A stretch of DNA of 64,000 bases from Aplysia californica (GCF_000002075.1 NW_004797340.1:1814377-1878376), one strand, 5' to 3'. Shown: positions 12,685 to 23,610, counted from the stretch's first letter. The notes: generated by a model not told the origin, from the sequence alone. A program made the numbers and translations.

Positions 12685-13161
12685 GGTGCTGACCTTTGTG
12701 TCAGTTTTCACAAGAAACCAGTAACATTCACAAGAAAATGAAACAGAGCAAGATTTTCATAATTTTGAGCTTAAGAATTTATAACCTCGTAGGTTTCGAC
12801 TGCAGCTATGCATCCTTATACAATACTCCAGAACTGAGTCATTACTTTCCAATCTCAATTCTTTAAAAATGGGAGAGCCCCCTGTTCAGAATAGGTTCAA
12901 AGCTGGTTAGGGAGTAGTCCAGGCTAACAATGTCAAGTGTGTGTCGGTGACACAGTGTTTATGTGGGTGGTCACTGTCTTGGGTGTGTCTTTGAGCTCAA
13001 AAACAGGGCACTGCACAGTTGCGACTAGCAACGATGTGTGGATTGTCTTTGTGAAATTGAGTATTTTTCATGTATTTAAGTATTATTCTATCTTTGTGTA
13101 GCAGGTACATCCCAAACATGTAGTGACAGAAATACTTTTATCTTTAGTTTAGTATTAGTAG

Positions 13162-13522
13162 AGTTTTTACAGTGCTCGTGACTGCATAAGGTCATATGAG
13201 CATCAAGAGGTGAATGTCAACAGAGAAGTCCATACAGGGAATCAGACTTACTCTGCTCACCTCTCTTGCTTCAACAGCACAAAGTCTGCTTCGACTATCA
13301 AGGCACCCCGGAAATAGCGGGTCACAAGAGTGTGACAAACATACAAAAGAAGTGGAGAAAAAATGACAATATTAAGGATTAGGAAAGAAAAAACAGAAGT
13401 TCCCCGTAGCAGTTCAGGCACAGTTATGAGCATGACATTGATGAATCAGCCCATTCACAATTCTATTGTGCATAAGAACATGTTAACATCCCCCCTTTGG
13501 GAATTGCCTAAAGACACTTCAG
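13162..13522 (-). repeat. Dispersed repeat of about 350 bp, copy 1 (copy 2 at 22205-22547), carrying an S2-SINE-like 3' tail
   Basis: The two copies are similar along their length; both contain CTGCATAAGGTCATATG and end at ACACTTCAG. Confidence 0.85.
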
Positions 13523-13812
13523 AAAGACTGTCATCAATAAGCCGCAACTGTAGGGGCGGTCAAAAGCAACACATGATGATCCAAGCCCTAAACGTTTGGT
13601 TATCATGCCAACAGCACGTGGGCAGCTAGCACGTACATAAATGCTCACATTCGTATGAGCTTCAAGGACTGCAAATATAAAAATGTGCATATATATTTAT
13701 AAAAGGTTAATCAGAGATCACATTTTTTTCAGAAAATCAAAGTTATTCGAAACAGACAAATAGAAACTTTTAATAAGGCATAACTTGAAAGCTTAATTAC
13801 TTTCACAAGTAC

Positions 13813-14026
13813 TGTAGTTTAACTATACATGCATACGGTTTTACTACACACACCCACCTCATGTAGCGATCCAACTTGCACTAACTCGTCGCAACTCTCT
13901 GCGCTGCGCCTCGACCGCTACTCACGCAGTCTTCAAAAGTCCGTGGCTCACGCCTCGGCCTGTCCTTGGTTTCTTCAATGTCAACCGTACTCGACTACTT
14001 TCCCGAGAATCACACAGCTAACCACA
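13813..14026 (-). repeat. 3' LTR
   Basis: Appears identical to 20995-21208; preceded on the minus strand by PPT-like ACGGGGGCG (14027-14035). Confidence 0.97.
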
Positions 14027-14131
14027 CGCCCCCGTGATCTCAAGATCAAACAAAACAAAATTTAGTTCTTCAATCGTGCGAACAGGACATGGTTCAACGC
14101 TATCTACACTTTGTACACTTGATTACTTCAT

Positions 14132-17104
14132 TTACTGAGTTTCATAGTCCACCAACCAACCGGGGGTTTTCCTGACTGGATCAGGATACCGCCTGGGAGG
14201 GGGTTCACCTGCACCTTCGTTTCTCGTCAGGGTTTGCAAGGTTTGCTGTTCACCGCCACCTCCCTCATCATCCTCTTCCTCTGAAGTTACATCTCGTACC
14301 ACTCTTCTAACATCGAGAATGTGACGAGCCATACCATCGACAGCAACATTGTTGATCGAGTTTACTCCTGTAACCGTACCTCTATTCCACTTAGTCGTAC
14401 ATTTGCTCTGGGGTGGTTTAACCCAAACATCATCTCCAACTTCAAATCTTCCAGGCCCGTCTTCTTCTTCATTAACAACGATATGGTTTCTCCAATCATA
14501 ACGGTAGACAGCTCTCTGTGGCACTGATGCTGGGTCCAAACCTGCCCTTGGTGTTGAGTTGTACCAAAACACAGCTTCTTGGGGGGGAATGTTTCCTCTT
14601 TCTGCAATGGACTTCACTGTACGATGGTGTCTCTCAACAATCCCGTTCCCCGTAGGCCTATATGCAGCTCTGAACAATGGTTTGATATTCCATTTCTGAA
14701 GCATCTGCCAAAAACAATCTGAACGAAACACTGTGCCATTATCCATTAAGATCTCGCGCACTGGTCCTCTCTCTAACATGAGTTCTTCAACTACTTCTGT
14801 CACAAACCCTGCTGTCTCTCTCCTCAGTTTCTTCCAAATTGCGAATCGCCCTGGGCCACAATCAACAATTGACAGGTATGGCACTTGATGATGGTGAGTT
14901 ATGTCTATTGCCAATCTTGTCCAGTCTGTAGCGACATCTAGGTTGCCCGCCTCATGGACAACTGGTGCAGGATCGATAGACTGACATTGCTCACAAGCTT
15001 GTACGACTTTTTTAACATCAGCACGGCTCGTTTCTGGTAGCACCTTCCGAGCCAAATACAAAGTACGGTCTACCCCCATATGGTGCATATCGTGCAAGTC
15101 TTTCAAGTCAAGATGGCCAGTAGCACAAACGCATGGTTCTGGTTCTCCTTCCTCCATTCCATACCCGCCAGTGCTTAACCACTCCTTTTTCACTCTTGTC
15201 AGAATGTCTGCTTTGTTCTTTCTGGTCGGAACCAAGGTGACCGACAAAACCAGACTAAACTCATTAATAAGGCTTTTCAATATCCCTAATCGTCTCTTCA
15301 CAATCAACTCCGCTGCCCCTTTGGTGTGCACTCTCCTCTCTTCCGATAGAACAGTTTTGATCCAACCAGCCACCGTTGCTGAGTCAGTGATAACTTCGAT
15401 TTCAGAGATGTTCCACTTGATGGCCATGTTTACACCTTTCATCACAGCCTCCAGCTCTGCTACGTTGATATGATCAAAATCTGAAGGTTTCCGAAGCCAT
15501 GCAGCATCCTCTACCGCGTTGCCATTGACCTCAAGTAACACACCATATCCGATACTGCTAGCATCACACCATACGGTTCCTTTGGTTGCTTTAGGCACGT
15601 ACCATTTGCCTTTGACGGGATCCTCATTAGTCAAACGGCTCAACATTTCCTTCAACATTTTCTCCACTTCATCGTTTACAATCTCCTCCCAATTGGTACC
15701 ATTTGCCCTTCTCTTTATGTAGCTGCATGCTATCCTTAACCATCCAGCAACCGGATAATGACCTGTAAGTTTTCCGCAGATCGAGAACAACTCCCGTTTG
15801 GTGACTTTAGACACTGCATGGGGAATCCTGTTGGCTCTGGAAAATATGAGATCTCCTGTGGAATCAGATTTCAACTTCAAACCTAATGCGGCGCCACCAT
15901 CCAATGGCTCTGGTTCTTTCGTTGTCAACCCATAGTTGGCCAGGTGCTTCACCAGTGCAGCAGATGTTACCTTGCTCTCATCCAGTAGAATGTCATCAAT
16001 GTAGGACTGCGTGGCAGAGTCTATCTTCTCATCCTTATTCAATACCGTTTTCAAGATCTTCGTCATGATGCGGGGTGCCGATGTAAGACCAAATCCAAGT
16101 CTTGTCAGGCAATATGTTTTACCTTTGAAATTCACTAGTTGATATTTCCATAGATCTTGTGACACCCGAATTTGAAGGTAAGCACCTTTCAGGTCGACAA
16201 TCGTTGCTGCATCTGTCGTCTGTCTCCACTCTCGCAATGTCTCGCCGCATACATCCGTGAAGTCACCCCCCGTGTGACTACTTATATATTTATTGAGCTC
16301 TCTGTAGTCAAGGACAGGTCTTACCTTGTTCTTGGTAGGTTGAACAACAGCCATCAGCGGAATTATGCCTATTTCTACTTTCTCATTCCATGGTAAAAGT
16401 ATTCCTTCCTCTATCCAACTTTGTATCTCTTTCTCAAACCCTTCTGTAGTCTTCATATCCATCTGTTTACCATAACATCCAATCTTATTCTTCAGGTGGG
16501 GAGGATCCCTTTTCCATTTCCACTCTACTGTCCATGTATTGCCATCAAAAACTGCCTTAAAATCACTGTCGTCAATAACCTCAACCTCCCTGTGTTCGTA
16601 AACAGCGCTCTCTGCTCGCTTCACGTTCCCCTTTGCCTTGTCTGGGGGATCAGATTCAGTTTCCATTTCCGCTGCCCCACACCATTTGACACCAAACTCA
16701 ACTGTACCATGGTTGACTGAAACTCCTCCCAAGTTGTTTATAGCATCCATTCCCAGTACCACATCAATATCAGACAGAATAGAATCTGAGACAATTGCAT
16801 TTACGGAGACCGAGACACCTCGCACGTCAATGATTAGCTCTTTCTTCCCCTGACACTGCACTCGTGAACCATCAAAAGCTACCATATAGTTCTCGCCCAC
16901 GCAATTTCCAACTATCTGTGAACTGACCACTGTGACCATACAACCTGTATCTACCAATGCTTTGACCTTAGCTCCCTTCACGCCAACTTGAATTATCGGT
17001 AAAGACTGCGCCCTCATTTCAAACGGGTAGCTGCCGGCGCAGCAGCCACCCGAAGCTAGTTTTCCTGTTTCTTCTGATAGGCACCGTTTCCCCTCTGACT
17101 GCAT
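14132..17104 (-). CDS. pol: Pol polyprotein, intact downstream copy
   Basis: Protease LVDTG; RT DYRELN, DLKGAYLQI, YIDD; RNase H CDAS, ELEA, TDS, NKAD; integrase HH-CC and D,D(35)E. Confidence 0.95.
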   Translation of the reverse strand: MQSEGKRCLSEETGKLASGGCCAGSYPFEMRAQSLPIIQVGVKGAKVKALVDTGCMVTVVSSQIVGNCVGENYMVAFDGSRVQCQGKKELIIDVRGVSVSVNAIVSDSILSDIDVVLGMDAINNLGGVSVNHGTVEFGVKWCGAAEMETESDPPDKAKGNVKRAESAVYEHREVEVIDDSDFKAVFDGNTWTVEWKWKRDPPHLKNKIGCYGKQMDMKTTEGFEKEIQSWIEEGILLPWNEKVEIGIIPLMAVVQPTKNKVRPVLDYRELNKYISSHTGGDFTDVCGETLREWRQTTDAATIVDLKGAYLQIRVSQDLWKYQLVNFKGKTYCLTRLGFGLTSAPRIMTKILKTVLNKDEKIDSATQSYIDDILLDESKVTSAALVKHLANYGLTTKEPEPLDGGAALGLKLKSDSTGDLIFSRANRIPHAVSKVTKRELFSICGKLTGHYPVAGWLRIACSYIKRRANGTNWEEIVNDEVEKMLKEMLSRLTNEDPVKGKWYVPKATKGTVWCDASSIGYGVLLEVNGNAVEDAAWLRKPSDFDHINVAELEAVMKGVNMAIKWNISEIEVITDSATVAGWIKTVLSEERRVHTKGAAELIVKRRLGILKSLINEFSLVLSVTLVPTRKNKADILTRVKKEWLSTGGYGMEEGEPEPCVCATGHLDLKDLHDMHHMGVDRTLYLARKVLPETSRADVKKVVQACEQCQSIDPAPVVHEAGNLDVATDWTRLAIDITHHHQVPYLSIVDCGPGRFAIWKKLRRETAGFVTEVVEELMLERGPVREILMDNGTVFRSDCFWQMLQKWNIKPLFRAAYRPTGNGIVERHHRTVKSIAERGNIPPQEAVFWYNSTPRAGLDPASVPQRAVYRYDWRNHIVVNEEEDGPGRFEVGDDVWVKPPQSKCTTKWNRGTVTGVNSINNVAVDGMARHILDVRRVVRDVTSEEEDDEGGGGEQQTLQTLTRNEGAGEPPPRRYPDPVRKTPGWLVDYETQ

Positions 17105-17598
17105 CGACTGGCTATGTGCCCAACTTCATTGCAGTGGTAGCAAACAATGTCAGCACGATGACTACAAAACTTAGCCATATGTGGTCCACCACATCGATAA
17201 CAAGAACCTTTAAATGCCCTCACACGTTGACTGTGGCTTCCCATTTCGTTTGCCATGGCTCCGCCTGCCGCCGCAACGCTGACCATTCCAGTCTTACTTG
17301 CTGTAAGGATTCTAGCTCTTGCTATGACCTCTGACAGTTCAACTTCGAAGACCCGGCTCATCTGTTGGAGCTCACACGATATCGGGTCAGGGAATCCATT
17401 TACAAAGGACAATCTAACCAGCCTATCCAGTTCGCTGCCTGAAAATCCAGCCAATCCTCCCAATCTCCTTAGTTCGTTCGCGAATACATCAACATGCTCA
17501 CCGTCCCACCTCCTCTGTGTCAACTTACTGAACGCAACAAATGAGCTGTCTGTGAATGCCTCTAGAAGACGCTTCTCAATTGTCTCATATTGTGATCT
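17056..17598 (-). pseudogene. gag: 5'-truncated duplicate of gag
   Basis: Matches the 3' part of gag 20219..20953; starts at the duplication junction, out of frame with the upstream pol. Confidence 0.9.
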
Positions 17599-20267
17599 CC
17601 AACTTCAAATCTTCCAGGCCCGTCTTCTTCTTCATTAACAACGATATGGTTTCTCCAATCATAACGGTAGACAGCTCTCTGTGGCACTGATGCTGGGTCC
17701 AAACCTGCCCTTGGTGTTGAGTTGTACCAAAACACAGCTTCTTGGGGGGGAATGTTTCCTCTTTCTGCAATGGACTTCACTGTACGATGGTGTCTCTCAA
17801 CAATCCCGTTCCCCGTAGGCCTATATGCAGCTCTGAACAATGGTTTGATATTCCATTTCTGAAGCATCTGCCAAAAACAATCTGAACGAAACACTGTGCC
17901 ATTATCCATTAAGATCTCGCGCACTGGTCCTCTCTCTAACATGAGTTCTTCAACTACTTCTGTCACAAACCCTGCTGTCTCTCTCCTCAGTTTCTTCCAA
18001 ATTGCGAATCGCCCTGGGCCACAATCAACAATTGACAGGTATGGCACTTGATGATGGTGAGTTATGTCTATTGCCAATCTTGTCCAGTCTGTAGCGACAT
18101 CTAGGTTGCCCGCCTCATGGACAACTGGTGCAGGATCGATAGACTGACATTGCTCACAAGCTTGTACGACTTTTTTAACATCAGCACGGCTCGTTTCTGG
18201 TAGCACCTTCCGAGCCAAATACAAAGTACGGTCTACCCCCATATGGTGCATATCGTGCAAGTCTTTCAAGTCAAGATGGCCAGTAGCACAAACGCATGGT
18301 TCTGGTTCTCCTTCCTCCATTCCATACCCGCCAGTGCTTAACCACTCCTTTTTCACTCTTGTCAGAATGTCTGCTTTGTTCTTTCTGGTCGGAACCAAGG
18401 TGACCGACAAAACCAGACCAAACTCATTAATAAGGCTTTTCAATATCCCTAATCGTCTCTTCACAATCAACTCCGCTGCCCCTTTGGTGTGCACTCTCCT
18501 CTCTTCCGATAGAACAGTTTTGATCCAACCAGCCACCGTTGCTGAGTCAGTGATAACTTCGATTTCAGAGATGTTCCACTTGATGGCCATGTTTACACCT
18601 TTCATCACAGCCTCCAGCTCTGCTACGTTGATATGATCAAAATCTGAAGGTTTCCGAAGCCATGCAGCATCCTCTACCGCGTTGCCATTGACCTCAAGTA
18701 ACACACCATATCCGATACTGCTAGCATCACACCATACGGTTCCTTTGGTTGCTTTAGGCACGTACCATTTGCCTTTGACGGGATCCTCATTAGTCAAACG
18801 GCTCAACATTTCCTTCAACATTTTCTCCACTTCATCGTTTACAATCTCCTCCCAATTGGTACCATTTGCCCTTCTCTTTATGTAGCTGCATGCTATCCTT
18901 AACCATCCAGCAACCGGATAATGACCTGTAAGTTTTCCGCAGATCGAGAACAACTCCCGTTTGGTGACTTTAGACACTGCATGGGGAATCCTGTTGGCTC
19001 TGGAAAATATGAGATCTCCTGTGGAATCAGATTTCAACTTCAAACCTAATGCGGCGCCACCATCCAATGGCTCTGGTTCTTTCGTTGTCAACCCATAGTT
19101 GGCCAGGTGCTTCACCAGTGCAGCAGATGTTACCTTGCTCTCATCCAGTAGAATGTCATCAATGTAGGACTGCGTGGCAGAGTCTATCTTCTCATCCTTA
19201 TTCAATACCGTTTTCAAGATCTTCGTCATGATGCGGGGTGCCGATGTAAGACCAAATCCAAGTCTTGTCAGGCAATATGTTTTACCTTTGAAATTCACTA
19301 GTTGATATTTCCATAGATCTTGTGACACCCGAATTTGAAGGTAAGCACCTTTCAGGTCGACAATCGTTGCTGCATCTGTCGTCTGTCTCCACTCTCGCAA
19401 TGTCTCGCCGCATACATCCGTGAAGTCACCCCCCGTGTGACTACTTATATATTTATTGAGCTCTCTGTAGTCAAGGACAGGTCTTACCTTGTTCTTGGTA
19501 GGTTGAACAACAGCCATCAGCGGAATTATGCCTATTTCTACTTTCTCATTCCATGGTAAAAGTATTCCTTCCTCTATCCAACTTTGTATCTCTTTCTCAA
19601 ACCCTTCTGTAGTCTTCATATCCATCTGTTTACCATAACATCCAATCTTATTCTTCAGGTGGGGAGGATCCCTTTTCCATTTCCACTCTACTGTCCATGT
19701 ATTGCCATCAAAAACTGCCTTAAAATCACTGTCGTCAATAACCTCAACCTCCCTGTGTTCGTAAACAGCGCTCTCTGCTCACTTCACGTTCCCCTTTGCC
19801 TTGTCTGGGGGATCAGATTCAGTTTCCATTTCCGCTGCCCCACACCATTTGACACCAAACTCAACTGTACCATGGTTGACTGAAACTCCTCCCAAGTTGT
19901 TTATAGCATCCATTCCCAGTACCACATCAATATCAGACAGAATAGAATCTGAGACAATTGCATTTACGGAGACCGAGACACCTCGCACGTCAATGATTAG
20001 CTCTTTCTTCCCCTGACACTGCACTCGTGAACCATCAAAAGCTACCATATAGTTCTCGCCCACGCAATTTCCAACTATCTGTGAACTGACCACTGTGACC
20101 ATACAACCTGTATCTACCAATGCTTTGACCTTAGCTCCCTTCACGCCAACTTGAATTATCGGTAAAGACTGCGCCCTCATTTCAAACGGGTAGCTGCCGG
20201 CGCAGCAGCCACCCGAAGCTAGTTTTCCTGTTTCTTCTGATAGGCACCGTTTCCCCTCTGACTGCAT
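17562..20267 (-). pseudogene. pol: Upstream pol copy with a premature stop and truncated integrase C-terminus
   Basis: CGA>TGA at 19779-19781 relative to the other copy; ends by reading into the duplicated gag out of frame. Confidence 0.9.
20187..20228 (-). promoter_or_regulatory. Putative -1 ribosomal frameshift signal between gag and pol (duplicate at 17024-17065)
   Basis: G GAA AAC directly before the gag TAG, a 6-nt spacer, then hairpin CGGGTGGCTGCTG-CGC-CGGCAGCTACCCG; pol is in the -1 frame. Confidence 0.75.
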
Positions 20268-20953
20268 CGACTGGCTATGTGCCCAACTTCATTGCAGTGG
20301 TAGCAAACAATGTCAGCACGATGACTACAAAACTTAGCCATATGTGGTCCACCACATCGATAACAAGAACCTTTAAATGCCCTCACACGTTGACTGTGGC
20401 TTCCCATTTCGTTTGCCATGGCTCCGCCTGCCGCCGCAACGCTGACCATTCCAGTCTTACTTGCTGTAAGGATTCTAGCTCTTGCTATGACCTCTGACAG
20501 TTCAACTTCGAAGACCCGGCTCATCTGTTGGAGCTCACACGATATCGGGTCAGGGAATCCATTTACAAAGGACAATCTAACCAGCCTATCCAGTTCGCTG
20601 CCTGAAAATCCAGCCAATCCTCCCAATCTCCTTAGTTCGTTCGCGAATACATCAACATGCTCACCGTCCCACCTCCTCTGTGTCAACTTACTGAACGCAA
20701 CAAATGAGCTGTCTGTGAATGCCTCTAGAAGACGCTTCTCAATTGTCTCATATTGTGATCTTTCCAGCTCACTAAGCTGTAAGTACAACGCCAATGCATC
20801 ACCCTCCAGGAACAACGGTACAAATTTCGCAAGATCCTGAATGTTCTTCAAACCAGCGACGAGTTTAACCTTAGCCAACCATGCCACAACATCGCTATTG
20901 CCACTGAAAGGCTTGATCATGTCCGTCGTTATTTTCGATGCCATCACTAGCAC
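20219..20953 (-). CDS. gag: Gag with two CCHC zinc knuckles
   Basis: CYRCGGPHMAKFC and CYHCNEVGHIASRC; lies just downstream of the 5' LTR. Confidence 0.93.
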   Translation of the reverse strand: MLVMASKITTDMIKPFSGNSDVVAWLAKVKLVAGLKNIQDLAKFVPLFLEGDALALYLQLSELERSQYETIEKRLLEAFTDSSFVAFSKLTQRRWDGEHVDVFANELRRLGGLAGFSGSELDRLVRLSFVNGFPDPISCELQQMSRVFEVELSEVIARARILTASKTGMVSVAAAGGAMANEMGSHSQRVRAFKGSCYRCGGPHMAKFCSHRADIVCYHCNEVGHIASRCSQRGNGAYQKKQEN

Positions 20954-20982
20954 TTAATATCTGGCTCTAGAATGAGCACCTC

Positions 20983-20994
20983 GCCGAAATAGCT
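20983..20994 (-). promoter_or_regulatory. Atypical primer-binding site complementary to nt 1-12 of tRNA-Phe(GAA)
   Basis: Element-sense AGCTATTTCGGC abuts the 5' LTR CA end; its complement GCCGAAATAGCT is the start of metazoan tRNA-Phe. Confidence 0.7.
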
Positions 20995-21208
20995 TGTAGT
21001 TTAACTATACATGCATACGGTTTTACTACACACACCCACCTCATGTAGCGATCCAACTTGCACTAACTCGTCGCAACTCTCTGCGCTGCGCCTCGACCGC
21101 TACTCACGCAGTCTTCAAAAGTCCGTGGCTCACGCCTCGGCCTGTCCTTGGTTTCTTCAATGTCAACCGTACTCGACTACTTTCCCGAGAATCACACAGC
21201 TAACCACA
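20995..21208 (-). repeat. 5' LTR
   Basis: 214 bp, TGTGG...CTACA on the minus strand; same sequence as the 3' LTR. Confidence 0.97.
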
Positions 21209-21359
21209 AGTACATATTATGGCGGTAACATCTCTAAACAACAGCAATTACGTTTGAACAGAGTAAATATAGAAAGCAGTAAATAGCATTACTAGTTTAC
21301 TGCTCTCTTTCACTGAGCTTTACAACACCAATATTTGAAAAATAATAAAGGAGATCATA

Positions 21360-21614
21360 GCTACCCCAGAAATACAAAGTTTTATCTGCTCAGTACCTAG
21401 TTTATAAGTTTAGAGAAATTTGATGTTTAAAGAATTGTGAGTTTCACAAGATGACAAGCTTTTTTTAATGCAATTCTTCGAATATCTTGATATCGACCCT
21501 AAATAATTGTGCAATTTTGATACAGCAGATAGAACATTTAGTTTCAGACCTTATAGTCTTAGTAACTCAAAACCGCCAATAATGTCAGATATAATGTTGT
21601 AATTCTAAGGTAGC
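21360..21614 (+). mobile_element. MITE family B copy
   Basis: TIR GCTACCCCAGAAATACAAAG ... TTGTAATTCTAAGGTAGC. Confidence 0.8.
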
Positions 21615-21680
21615 GCAATGCCGACACCAAACACCCGTCAAATTATAAACCCAGTTTGTCTTGTACTGGACGTTGCTCAC

Positions 21681-21854
21681 CATTCAAGTCAATGTACAGA
21701 CGCCCCGAGTCCAAAGAGATTTCCTGGAACCGTGACGTGTCATACCAGTTAAACCTGACTGGTCCCGAGTGATCTGTGAGCCCACACCTAAGCACTAGAT
21801 AACTATTCACTTCACCAGTCACGTTCTCTGAAGTCATATTGCCAGCATTCACAT
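21681..21854 (-). CDS. Ig-superfamily gene, coding exon 4 (first half of Ig2: YLVLRCG...FNWY...RLYIDLNG)
   Basis: TGCCCTCAG acceptor, GTGAGC donor, 174 nt, phase 1-1. Confidence 0.88.
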
Positions 21855-22204
21855 CTGAGGGCAGACAAGACAAGACCAGACCTGAGAAATAATTGAATCT
21901 GACAGCAAATGTTTTTTTACACTCCTATCGACACAATTAAGGTAGATCATCCGATGCTTCGGTTTGCCTACCAGGACCAATCCGGGCTGAGAGGGATACA
22001 ATGTCCTAGCAGACAGATGGATACACTTGACTAATACTCAGTGCCAATTGGCATCATTGGTTTCGTATGGTTCGGTTTTGTCAGTTTTGGGCTCGCTGGA
22101 CTGTCCTCCACGGGAGGGGAAAACCAACGAAACTGATGGTGACCTGCAAAAACAAACGCTTTTGTTTTCAAGGCCCCGTGTCAGGAGTTTGATTTGTTTT
22201 GTTT

Positions 22205-22547
22205 TAGTTATGGTGTTCACAACTGCATAAGGTCATATGGATGTCAACAGAGAAGTCCATGTAGGAAATCAAGCTTACTCTGCTCACCCCTCTTGCTTCA
22301 ACAGCACAAAGTCTGCTTAGACTATCAAGGCACCCCGGAAATAGCGGGTCACAAGAGTGACAAACATACAACAGAAGTGGAGAAAAAATGACAATGTTAA
22401 GGATTAGGAAAGAAAAAGCAGCAGTTCCCCGTTGCAGTTCAGGCACAGTTATGAGAATGACATTGATGAATCAGCCAATTTACAATTCTACTGTGCATAA
22501 GAACATGTTAATATCTCCCCTTTGGGAATGGCCTAAAGACACTTCAG
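22205..22547 (-). repeat. Dispersed repeat of about 350 bp, copy 2
   Basis: Homologous to 13162-13522. Confidence 0.85.
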
Positions 22548-23421
22548 TCTCAGGTGTTCGATTTGAGCAATTGGTCTATTTATTGTGTGCACTGAAGCCA
22601 AACCAAGACGAACTGATCCTCCGATGGGCACCGGGTATAACCCCCCCTCAAAACTTATGGGGGTCAAACACATGTCTTTTGCATGTGATGGCGAAGAACT
22701 GAATTGATATACCACAGACACTGATTCTTTCATCATGGCCCTTGTCGCATTCACATACTGTAGAATCTTTGCATTGATAATTTCTCTAGATCTAGACAAA
22801 TTTGCAAAAAAAAATTATTCTTTTTCTGACAGTAATTTTTTGTCTAGGCTCATGTCACAAGTTTATTTACTTGATCAATGCTCAGATTTTCCAGCTGCTG
22901 CAACAATCCAAAGATAGACAGAAGGAATTAGAAAGGAGGAAATTGGCACAAAAAGTTTGCCAGATTTTGATCAATCTGCAGGTAAAAATGTACTGCTGAA
23001 CAACCCGCAATGAATGCACGGGGCATAGCAGAATAATGGCCGATTACACGAAATGCACAATCTGGCAGGTTTCTATAACATTAAGTTATTGTCGAGAGAA
23101 TTACCGTAAATATCCATAACTTATACAAGAAAATACCAAGGCGAGTACAGAACTTTTTACGGAATTTCGGTAGTCCTACGCTGTCGCAGTTTTTTTATAG
23201 AGGGAGTTGATAATGATACAGGAACAAGTACAAAACTAGCAGAAAGTACGGATTTCCGTAAAAATACGGAAGAGTGGAAGCACTGATATATATAAATGAA
23301 TACAAAACACTTTTACACTCACAGACACATAGACAGATGTGAAAACACCAAAACATTTACACATACACACACATATTATGCAGACATAAAAACAAACATA
23401 CACCGACAATCACATACATTA

Positions 23422-23610
23422 CAGTTGAACCTGTTCTAACTGCCACCTGTCCAAGACAATCACCTGTACAAATAACCCCTAACCACTAGTCCCCCACCCC
23501 CTCAGAGTTTTTTTTTTCCAATTGTATTAACACTCTCCAAGATGTCCACCTGTCTAAGACAGTCTTCTTTCTTCTCGCCAATGGGTACCTGTCTTGTATT
23601 ATTTCCACTG
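23422..23610. mobile_element. Tc1/pogo-like MITE
   Basis: TA|CAGTTGAA ... TTCCACTG|TA with internal ACCTGTC subrepeats. Confidence 0.65.

Larger units (their letters stand above)
13813..21208 (-). mobile_element. LTR retrotransposon (Ty3/Gypsy domain order PR-RT-RH-IN) with a 3163-bp internal tandem duplication
   Basis: TG...CA LTRs of 214 bp, TSD AGTAC (13808-13812 and 21209-21213), gag and pol ORFs, G-rich PPT next to the 3' LTR. Confidence 0.97.

Noticed and set aside
20995-21208. Tf1-like self-priming of the LTR element
   Set aside because: The LTR contains no sequence complementary to AGCTATTTCGGC.
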